The notes under the pieces are model-generated. The model saw only the letters and a list, made by a program, of their open reading frames with translations. It did no database searches and was not told the DNA's origin. A stretch of 54,544 bases of DNA, filler included, from Stramenopiles sp. TOSAG23-6 (Eukaryota), in assembly GCA_900128565.1 (NCBI GenBank). It is 4 parts of 4 records of this genome, joined end to end, with 100 filler letters (N's around TTAATTAATTAA, not from the genome) between each part and the next. Parts side by side here need not be neighbours in the genome. Positions count along the whole stretch, not along the records: positions 1 to 13,689 come from LT636161.1; 3 more parts are not named here. One strand, given 5' to 3'. Positions 1 to 10,000 of the stretch are shown here, one piece after another; position 1 is the first letter of the stretch, and each line of letters begins with the position of its first letter. The position numbers were made by a program, and so were the translations under genes.

Positions 1-56
1 GTACGAAATTTTGTACCTAACAATTTTTTTTTTTGAAATATTTTTCCAAAATACAG
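1..56 (+). mobile_element. Introner-like intron, 3' part (truncated at window start); the only copy ending in AG
   Basis: gtacgaaattttgtacctaac...gaaatatttttccaaaatacag matches the family consensus; an open frame follows at 57. Confidence 0.75.
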
Positions 57-263
57 GCAATGCTTGATGAACCTTCTATTGATCTTACAAAAAAATATGA
101 TCAAGATGGTGAAGGTCCATCTGAACAAGAATTATATTGGAACAGATTTCCTCATCGATGCCCTGAACGTTTCAGGACTAAATTACAAACAAAACGAATG
201 CGTGAAAGACAGGAAAAACATATACAACGTCATGAAATACGTGAAGCTGAATTAAAATTGTAA
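57..263 (+). CDS. Last exon of an unknown gene (5' part missing)
   Basis: Open frame AMLDEPSID...EAELKL* directly after the intron 3' end, followed by AT-rich UTR-like sequence. Confidence 0.6.
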   Translation, partial: AMLDEPSIDLTKKYDQDGEGPSEQELYWNRFPHRCPERFRTKLQTKRMRERQEKHIQRHEIREAELKL

Positions 264-528
264 AAATATTTTTTTGATGATATCAAATAGTTTGAAGTGA
301 TTTGAATGATTTGAGTAGAGAAACTATTGAAATTATAATTTACAATAATTTTATATATTATTTCCTTTGTAACATATTAAATGATAATGCTTTTTCAAAT
401 TTTACTTTTTTTTTTATGCTTATAATTTATTTATTATAATTATTACATTGCTTTCAACTGATCCGTATTCTTTTATTTTCTCTACAAATAAATAACGGAT
501 GTCCATTTAGAAAATGCACATTCATCAA

Positions 529-1347
529 TTAAGTGACACTACTTGGAATTTTAATAGTTTTTAGTGATATACATCCAAAGAAAGCATAACCACCAATCTC
601 AATCACACTATTTGGTATTGTTATAGAAGTTAATGAATCACATGCAATGAAAGAATAAGCAACAATACTGGTAACACTATTTGGAATTGTTATAGAATTT
701 AGTGATGTACATTCAAATGCACTCTCACCAATACTAGTCACACTATTTGGAATTGTTATAGAATTTAATGATTTACATCCATAGAAAGCAAACTCATGAA
801 TACTAGTTACACTATTTGGAATTGTTATAGAATTTAATGATTTACATCCAGAGAAAGCATAAATACCAATACTAGTTACACTATTTGAAAGAGTTATAGA
901 ATTTAATGATTCACAGTCACAAAAAGCATGATTACCAATACTAGTCACACTATTTGGAATTGTTATAGAATTTAATGATTTACAGTCACAAAAAGCCTTA
1001 TCACCAATACTAGTCACACTATTTGGGATTATAATTGATTTTAGTGACATGCCTCTGAAGGCTTCCTTTTCAAAATAAGTCACAACTTCTGACAAAAACG
1101 ATTTGATATTACGCCATACATCACCACCTCCATTCCAATACATATTTCTCCTGGCTTCAGCATCTCTCAAAATTTGGGTAACCTTTTGTTTTTTAAAGGT
1201 GTCCTGATTATTTGTTTTTCCACGAGAGCAGCACAGTAGCATCCTCACCTGCAGTCTCGAGTCGTTCACCACAAACATAGTTTCATGGTGCATCAATTTA
1301 TCTTTATCCATTAGAATACCATTTTTTAATGTAACAATTGTAGTCAT
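529..1347 (-). CDS. BspA/TpLRR-type (LRR_5) leucine-rich repeat protein
   Basis: About 7 tandem ~23-aa repeats [21 protein letters not shown]; first ATG at 1347 (ORF extends to GTG 1446). Confidence 0.85.
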   Translation of the reverse strand: MTTIVTLKNGILMDKDKLMHHETMFVVNDSRLQVRMLLCCSRGKTNNQDTFKKQKVTQILRDAEARRNMYWNGGGDVWRNIKSFLSEVVTYFEKEAFRGMSLKSIIIPNSVTSIGDKAFCDCKSLNSITIPNSVTSIGNHAFCDCESLNSITLSNSVTSIGIYAFSGCKSLNSITIPNSVTSIHEFAFYGCKSLNSITIPNSVTSIGESAFECTSLNSITIPNSVTSIVAYSFIACDSLTSITIPNSVIEIGGYAFFGCISLKTIKIPSSVT

Positions 1348-1579
1348 CCTTGATATTAATACAATAAATTTTGTCAGCACTCCATAGCCACTACTAAGCC
1401 AAATACAACTACTCAAAGGTATTTCATTTTTTTTAGTGTCGTCCACATAGCCCTAATTATAGCGAGGCTGATGTTTTGACCGAATTCCGTGTTTTTTTTG
1501 ACCAGACTGACTGACCAGTCTTACTTTTTTTCATAAAGAGTAGCTCCTTTACAACATATTTTTCCAGAATTAGGTACTT

Positions 1580-3021
1580 ATGGGTGACTCAAAATTAAAG
1601 TTTAGCCGTATTGGCAAATCTCTTAGAAAGATTGTTGGTCGCAAACTTAGTTTTAGCTGCACAATTGACGGTAGACAATTTTCTGGTTTGAGTAAGGTAG
1701 CAGAGGGTGGATTTTCTGAGGTGTTCCGTGTCAAAGAAACCACAAAAGGATCGAAAACAAAAGGTTTTCATTTTGCTGTGAAAAAGATGTGTGTGACAGT
1801 AGATACAGAAAAGGATGTTCACCGTGAAATTAGTGTTCATAAGGTTATAGATCATCCAAATTTAATGCCACTACTTGGTTTCGAAATGAGAGAGTCCAAG
1901 GATAAACACCAGGAGGCATTGCTTCTATTCCCTTTATATACTGCAGGTTCACTGTATGATAGTATACGTAATAGAAACACTTTTCTATCTGAACTTGAAA
2001 TTTTACGTGTATGTCGTGGTAGTCTCCGAGGTCTTGCTTCACTTCATGAAAATAATTTATGTCATTTAGATGTAAAACCAAGTAATATTTTATTAAGAAA
2101 TGATAAAAAATCTTCAATTGAAAATGCTGATTTAGCTGTCTTGATGGATTTCGGTTCTGCAGCACCTCGTTGGGTATCGATCAAAACAGCTAATCAGGCT
2201 AGATTGATTGAAGAACGTTGTGCTGAGAAATGTACCTTACCTTTTCGTTCTCCTGAATTATGTATGTTTTATTTTTTTGAAAATTTGCATAAGTTTTTTT
2301 TCGTACTAAATTTTGTACCTAACAAAAAAAAGTTAAATTTTTTTTTTGAAATATTTTTCCAAAATACATTTTATCTAGATTGGAGAAATCTTAGTTCTAA
2401 TGATAATAGAAATGTCTCTACTAAAGCAAGTACATCTACGACTGACCATGTACATGTTAATTCTAAGCGTACTAATGATATCAATACTATACCTTCTACA
2501 TTGAATAAAGACACTTCTGAAGGAGGTGTTTTTGATTATGCTCCATGTGATATTTGGTCATTTGGATGTACTTTATTTAATGCCGCTTTTGGATATTCTC
2601 CATTTGAATCGTCAAAAGAAGGAGTAAAAAAACTTGCAATATGTTTGTTTTCATCATTCATTTTTTATTTTTTTAATTTTTTTAATTTTTTTAATTTGTT
2701 TTATTTTTGTTTTATGGTTTTCAAAGTACCAAATTTTGTACCTAACAAATTTTAAACTCGAAACACTTATTTTTTCACAATATATTAAACGCAAAGTTTT
2801 CAATACCTCCAAATAATAAAACTATGAAATATTCAAAATATATGAGTAAAATTATAAAACTATGTTTAAAAAAGAATCCAAGTAAAAGACCAACGAGTAA
2901 AAATTTACTCTTGGAATTTGACAAGGCAATTTCTTTTCTTGAAGAAATTAAAAATAGTATTGAAAAAAATATAAATATAGAAAATAATTGGCAGCCTTTT
3001 GCAGATGATTCAATGAAATAA
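1580..3021 (+). CDS. STK16: STK16/NAK-family Ser/Thr kinase; exons 1580-2261, 2370-2642, 2786-3021
   Basis: EGGFSEV, FAVKK, HLDVKPSN, LMDFGS, EKCTLPFRSPELF, DIWSFGCTLF...SPFE, LAILNAKFSIP, NPSKRP; C-lobe complete only after removing two GT-AT introns. Confidence 0.8.
2262..2369 (+). mobile_element. Introner-like intron GT...AT, 108 nt, AT direct repeat
   Basis: Family consensus; removal gives the kinase motif SPELF. Confidence 0.8.
2643..2785 (+). mobile_element. Introner-like intron GT...AT, 143 nt, T-rich internal expansion
   Basis: gtttgttttcatc...ttgtacctaac...cacaatatat; removal joins LAI to LNAKFSIPP in frame with ORF 2824. Confidence 0.8.
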
Positions 3022-3165
3022 TAATTAATATTCTTTTGCTAATTGAATCAATAAAATAATTTATATATATATATAGCGTATATATCATCTACATTTAGAC
3101 ATTTGTATATACATACTATTATTAAAACTTTCAAATTTATTTATTTTTTTTTTAAATATTTGTTT

Positions 3166-4044
3166 TTAATGTAATGATTTCCAACCATTTACAATGAATT
3201 CTTGAAAATAAGATGCCAGAGGATTATTAATATTTATCCACCAACTTTGAGAATCTCCAATATGAATATATTCACATCGTCCTTCTAATTGACATTGATG
3301 GCTTTCTTTTTCTGTAGACGCTACAAATATTGAAAATAGAGGTTCTATGTGATGAGGAAAAATGAGACTGGACAACCCAACAATGACAATACATACAAAA
3401 AATATCGTGACTATTATTGAAATATCTTTTTCTATTGGATTTTTGATATGGCGAACAATGAACTTATTCTGAGCATCTGAAAGGCAATTTCTAATTTTAT
3501 TTGCTTGTTGTTGTTTTTCTGTACTTGTCAATGGTGTACCAATAAAGCGACCATCTTCCTCAAAATTTAATTCATTTCGAGGATGCCAAGGATCAAATTT
3601 TGGACGATAATCAACATTGTCACCGCTCGGTGGAAAGGCTAATCCAAATTGATATATTTCTACTTGTTCCTCTGGTTGTAGAAATACTTGGAAGAGAGCA
3701 GTCTCTTGCAACCTATTTTTATTCTTCGAATTGTATTTTTCCCATGCACTTTGACTTGTAAACTCTAAAATGTGGTCACTTTTTGAGACATCTTCAAAAC
3801 CACGTAATGTAAGTGAACGTTTTAAACCAGGTATGCTAAATTTAATTTCGGAATGTTTCTTTTCGAGATCTAATAAAACGTCATATTTTTTAGGTCTCCA
3901 TTTACGACGGCAAAGGACGCAAATAGGTTGGGTATTGCTTGAGCTTGAAGACTTTAAAATAGCTGTGAGGTTATCGAGCCGATTCGTTTTATTTGTTTTC
4001 CTCTTTTTCTTTTGTCGACGTTGCTTTGTACTAGAGGCAACCAT
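3166..4044 (-). CDS. Hypothetical single-pass membrane protein
   Basis: 292-aa ATG ORF, basic N-terminus, hydrophobic segment ISIIVTIFFVCIVIVGLSSLIF. Confidence 0.65.
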   Translation of the reverse strand: MVASSTKQRRQKKKRKTNKTNRLDNLTAILKSSSSSNTQPICVLCRRKWRPKKYDVLLDLEKKHSEIKFSIPGLKRSLTLRGFEDVSKSDHILEFTSQSAWEKYNSKNKNRLQETALFQVFLQPEEQVEIYQFGLAFPPSGDNVDYRPKFDPWHPRNELNFEEDGRFIGTPLTSTEKQQQANKIRNCLSDAQNKFIVRHIKNPIEKDISIIVTIFFVCIVIVGLSSLIFPHHIEPLFSIFVASTEKESHQCQLEGRCEYIHIGDSQSWWININNPLASYFQEFIVNGWKSLH

Positions 4045-4340
4045 TGAATGCTATAACTACAAAAGGATTTGATAAATTATTATTGCCTTGAACTTATTGT
4101 ATAAGACATGCTGATAGTATTTGTATTGCCTCTAGTAAGCTAATAAGGAGTATCAAATATATATATTACTTAGTCTACGGTACCAGTACAGGTAAAGTGC
4201 TATCTTTGGTTTCGACAGTTACTAGATGTCAGTTATTAGTGGACACTAGTAAGTTAAGTATAGTAACTAACTACTTGAAACAACGGAGTAGGTTACTGAA
4301 ACTAGGTACCGTAGTAAGAAGGGTGAGTATTGTTATCTAT

Positions 4341-6945
4341 AATGCAATCGGATCATAGTTCAACTCCTTATCTACAAAACCAGTATTTACATGATAATAA
4401 TCGATGGACTAGTGTGAGAGGAAATAAAGCAACTGCACAGGATACATTCCACAGAAATAGTCGTGGTACAGTAAATGGTCAACAAACTATAGAGAATCAA
4501 CAAACTATAGAGAATCAACAAACTATAGAAAATCAACAAACTATAGAAAATCAACAAAGTATAGAGAATAGTAAACACAACACATCGGATCGTACTCAAC
4601 ACCAAATATTTCATAGTCAAAACATAAGCCTTAGAGTACACATGGCTAATAAAACATTTCGAGTTGCTGCGCCACTAAATGCTACTGTTCGAGATTTAAA
4701 GAATAAAATTGACTTCGACTACGCTTCCCTATCGCATAATATAACTCCATTCATGTGTAATCAGCTTCGGGACAAAAGTGGATGCATATTACCTGATAGT
4801 CTTATGATCTGTGATGGCTTGAGCCAAAATGAAGAGGTTATTGTTGATGTTTTAGATCATGTCGACGATGGATTTGAAGATAAACAAACGCTTCGAAAAC
4901 GTGTAAGTCTAGCAGGGACAGTTCAACAATGGTTATCTTGGCAAGGATTTACATGTAGAGTCATTGATGCTCATTTATCGAAGTATTTCGCAAATCCATT
5001 TGAAAGCAAAGAAATTGATCCATACGAAAAAGTAAAAATAGGTAAAAGAGAAAACACAGAAAAAATATCAAATTTGAAAAATAATCAAAATGCTCTACTA
5101 GAATTTATTCAACAAACATTTCCAGTTTTGATTTCTATTATTTCATCAAATATTAGCACTATAATACATTCAAATAGGATTGAAAACAATGCTGCAATTC
5201 TAAAAAAACTTGATAAAAATGCAGTAATTGGTTTGTTATCAGTTACCAGTGAAAATTTAGCTACAAAAGCAACGTCAATTATTGCTGATGTTGCCAAAAA
5301 TAAGAAAGCTGCAATGTTTATGGTTTCACATAGAATTTTATCCATAATAAGTACTAGAGCAATGCTACTAAGTAGATCAAATAGTAAAACTCGTACAAAT
5401 GATGAATTAAATACATCTAGAAAACAACAAATAAAAGAGTTATGCGTGTCCGTAACTTTACTGCGATTATTACATGCTTGTGCACATCATAAAAATGTAG
5501 TAAATAAATCATGGACAATAGATTCTGATGAATTATCACAAACAACAGTAGCGTTGCTTCATTTAGGTAAGAGCGTGTACAAAGGAGTAAAAGATACTGC
5601 AATTTCAGGTCTTGAAGTTCTTCAAAGAATAACTACAACAAATACATACAAGACAAAACAGTCAAGAATATCGACAAAAGAGTCACAAATGACAACAGTG
5701 CCTACATTAGAAAATATGGACGCTCTCTTAACACTTTATCAGAATGGTTCGTCAGAAGTTCGGACATTTGCAGCTAATGCAATTTGTGAATCAGCACCAA
5801 GTTCACAATTTTTAGAAAGTTTGCAGGCTAATTCAAATAGAGATGAATCAAAAACTACAATCAAACGTGTATTAAAAGACTTAATTAAATTTGGTGGAGG
5901 GGATGGCCGTCAATTGGTTACAAGTGTTATTTCTAAAATAATCAATAGAAATCGTAGTATAAATATGCAAAAACGTTCAAGTCCTACGCAAAGTCGTTTT
6001 ACGATAGAGCATCCTAGCAAATTTCCTACATCAAATATATATGGTCTCAAAGCAATGGCTCGAGGTGGAGTACTTGATATTATAATACTTCTAGCATCTT
6101 GTCCAATATCTACCAGTGCATCAAAAGTAATAGGAACAGCTTTATATGCATTACATAAACACAAACTTTCAAAACTTAATTCAAAACAGTTTTGTGTACT
6201 ATTGAAATCAAACCAAGCAGCACTTCAAGCAGTAGCATTATCTCAAATTATACCATTTATTGATGGTGAATTGGAATCAGGAGCGTCGCTGACAAAGTAT
6301 CAGAAAAATTCCGTACAAAATAAAGAATTAGATACAATGAATATTGATGAAATTTCATTGCATGGAAGAAGAAATAATACTAAAATTTCAAAAGCAAGCT
6401 TTAATTCAAGTTTTCGTGCAAATATGAAATATCGTGGTGAAATATTCATGCTCATCAAATTGGTACTCAAGATTGCAACAATGCATCCATTAAACGAATC
6501 TAAAATAAAAGATAAAAGCAAACAGACAGATATGATTCTGCAGCAAAAAGCCCTTGAAACGGTAGTTGAAATGAGTTTGCGACATAGCTTAAAGACACAT
6601 CTTGTTAAAGCAGGTGTGCTACATTTATTTGGAACGATTCTATCAATGCCATGTGCATCAGATGATAATACATTCACGCAACTTGATACACAAAGTACAA
6701 GTCAATTATCTGATGAAAATTCTAATGATACAGACAAGACAAAATTATCTTTTAATAACAGTCAAAATGTATTGCACTCAAAAAGACTTTCAGCAAAGGG
6801 ACTTGTCAATATGGTGAGTGGTGTTGAATTTTTACAACGCAAAACAATTATTAGATACGTAGAAGATTTTCTTGATCACTATGAAGACATTCACAGAGAT
6901 CCGGTTATCCTCATGTATTTAGAACTTTTACGTGAGTCGATATAA
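4341..6945 (+). CDS. Hypothetical protein, helical/ARM-like repeats, possible ubiquitin-like N-terminal domain
   Basis: ~870-aa intronless ORF; segments such as LVKAGVLHLFGTIL and MARGGVLDIIILL resemble ARM repeats. Confidence 0.65.
4476..4569 (+). repeat. 18-bp coding tandem repeat (QQTIEN x5)
   Basis: caacaaactatagaRaat repeated. Confidence 0.9.
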
Positions 6946-7071
6946 TGTGCCTTAAATGTGTGGCACAAAAATATGATTTAATTATGTTGTTGCATAATGT
7001 AATATGTTGAGCTAAATGTTACAGTGATTTGACTTGAACAAGTTGATTCTCATAAAACTTCTTAATTTTTA

Positions 7072-10000
7072 TTATAACCTTTTTTCAGTAATAAAGACAG
7101 CCCATTTAGGCAAATGATCTGCGCCAACTTCTTCTAAAAATCTTTGTAATGAATTTTCACCAAGCGGCAGTATGTAGCGCATGAGACCTTGTTCTTCAAC
7201 TTGTAACCTGCCGCCATCTGGGAGCAACTCAGCTATACCAGCAACAAAGCGAGCTAATTCCAATCGCCGTTGTCGAATTGCAGCAGGGTGAATAATCCAA
7301 TACATACTATCACCAGGTGTATGCTGTGGTACTATCAATGGGACCTTTCCATTACAGCTGTCCGTTGTTTGATAAATAGATAACAATCCCTGTTCTAAAT
7401 GATACCCGGAAAGCTCAGATAGGAATACCTGACCACCAATTTGTGTCCCATATAGCCCCAACCATGCACTAACGAATGCACGAATGACAGCAGTTGTGAG
7501 AAACTTTCGAGTATTGAATTCATTACTCCGCATGATTGTAGCTCTCAAGTAGCGACATCCAATATTTGATGGTGTAGCAGCAGAAACTACAAGACGTTGC
7601 TTCTGAATACTATTTAAGCTTTCTACATGTATAGGATACGCTACCCCGGCATCATTCGCCCAGTTCTTCATGGCGGCATCATCTGTTGCCATATATATTT
7701 GGTGAAACTCCTTCTGTGCCAACCAAGATGCGTAATATTTAAATAAATAAATTACATCCCTCTCCGAAAGCATAAATAAATCTGCATTCATGCGAGAACG
7801 CTCTTTCTCTAAAGCATTCAAGGCAAGTAAAAACTCACCTATTTCTCCTCCAGGTGTTCCAGCAACTGCAAAATTAGCTCTTCCATCCATACTCGCAAAG
7901 AATTGCTGACGCATGTCTTGGACAGGCATCCTAGATGGTGCATAGAGTTGAGCTTCAACAAGCCCAACATCTCTATGAATATCCCAAATTCCAGTATAGT
8001 GTCCAACATGGCGAGCTTCATTCATTGGTGTGGTCTTACCTGTTAGATCAGTTTCTTCACGTACTGTTATTGTACTTAATCCAGGACATATTGGATTCAT
8101 TGTGGGATTAGGATCATATGTCGAACCATGTGGCATTGGTGGCAGTTCTACACGTTTCGCTACAAACTGAACTTGACTATGATTCATTCCAGTATCTTTT
8201 GAATCCCGGGATACATGGGGAAACTTTGGCTCTTCGGGAATATGAACTGTACTACAAAATTGTTCGTGTCGAGACATTGCACCTGCTGGACAAGTATTCG
8301 CACGAGGACCGGTGGGCACAAGTCTATGACAAATCTTATTCAACATATCAGCACAAGGCTTCTCTTCTGGACAAAGAAACGCACCTTTCATCTTATACCA
8401 TAAATATACAGTATTAGCATGGTCTTTGCACATCTTCAAACGGGATGTCCAGTACCGACTTTTATTTGTTGTCGAAAATACAAGATATTCTATTCCGCCT
8501 TTAGAGCCCAAATGATTTTCTCGCTCAGACTCTATAATCAACTTTTCATTATCACTACGCAACGTACTCAATTCTTTAGGAGGCTCTTTACGACAGAATC
8601 TCTTTAGATCATCTACGGTGGATATTTTCGGATCGCATTTACCATGAAAACTACCTAGAATTGGTCTCCCACTAAAGGACGGAGTCATACATACTGGTTT
8701 TCCCTTCACATGTTTTATTCTTCTACAAGGTCGCAAGCCCTCACAAGATGGGTCGGCATTTTTCCATTCAAACATAGCCTGTACACGTTTTTCTCCTTGA
8801 TGGCCAGAATAGCACACAGGCAATCGAGGTATCCATGCATATGTTGTATGTTGAACAACACTTGATTTTCCAAACATTGTTGTTCCATACATACGAATAG
8901 CTTCACGAAGACTCCGAGGTTTTCGTGGAGCTCCAGCGCCAAGTTTTGCATATTTCAGATCCCATGCTCCTTTCCAATTAAACCATGGCTCTAATGTTGG
9001 TGTAACATCTTTGACTAAAACTTCCGGATCTGCATATTCGATAAATCCATGGAAAGTTTCATCATCTTGGCATACTTCTCTCTGGCACGTTTTATCTTCA
9101 GCTACACATCCAACCCCTGGTTGTCTACATCTTTCTCTATTAAGCTTTGTTGACTCAGGACATTTTGGCACTCGACATTGTTTCTTATTGTACGCACAAG
9201 GTCTTGCACCTATGCACATTTTACCCCATCGAGCATTCAATACAAGTAATCGTTCACTCAAATCATAATTAATCAATCTGGCTTCAGCCTCAATATCATC
9301 AGAAGTTTGACGAATTTTATCATTATCAGCTCCTTGGCCACCTACAGAGTCTTCAGTATGAACATTTGATAAATTTGCATTGTTGTCATCGACAGGTAAA
9401 ACTGAATTCGCAACAAGTTGGTCAATATTAAATTGTTTCCCTAAAGTTTTCTGCACTTTTTCCAAAATAGAGGGAGAAGAAGCACCAATACTAACATCAC
9501 TTGACGATTCATCTGAATGTTTTACATCAGAGCTATCCTCTGTTTCTCTTTGAAGATCGCGTTGGTCTATAGAGGGAGAAGAAGCACCAATACTAACATC
9601 ACTTGACACTTCATCTGAATGTTTTACATCAGGGCTGTCATTTATTTCTCTTTGAAGATCACGTTGGTCTACAGATGGAGAAGAAGCACCAATATTAGCA
9701 GCACTTACAACACCAGAGCTGTCATTTATTTCTCTTTGAAGATCGCGCTGGTCTGCTTGATAATAGGCGCAGTACTTTTTAAGATCATCAAAAGGTATGG
9801 ATGATAAGATTTTCCCTTTTAGTTCACGCAACTGATGTAGTGCTTTTTCAATCATTGGCATGTCGTTTTTTTCCTCGAGAACATTTTTAATTTTACCAAG
9901 CTCTCTCTCTAAATGACCGATTTTTTTCGATATGTCTTCAGCACTTTTATCATTTGAAATTGATTTATACTCATTATCACCAGAATCAAGTAAACTTTTT

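Noticed and set aside
2262-2369. Recurrent peptides FFVRNFVPN, FFRTKFCT, SYEILYLT and KYFSKIH as a protein domain
   Set aside because: They are three-frame translations of the intron element, not protein sequence.
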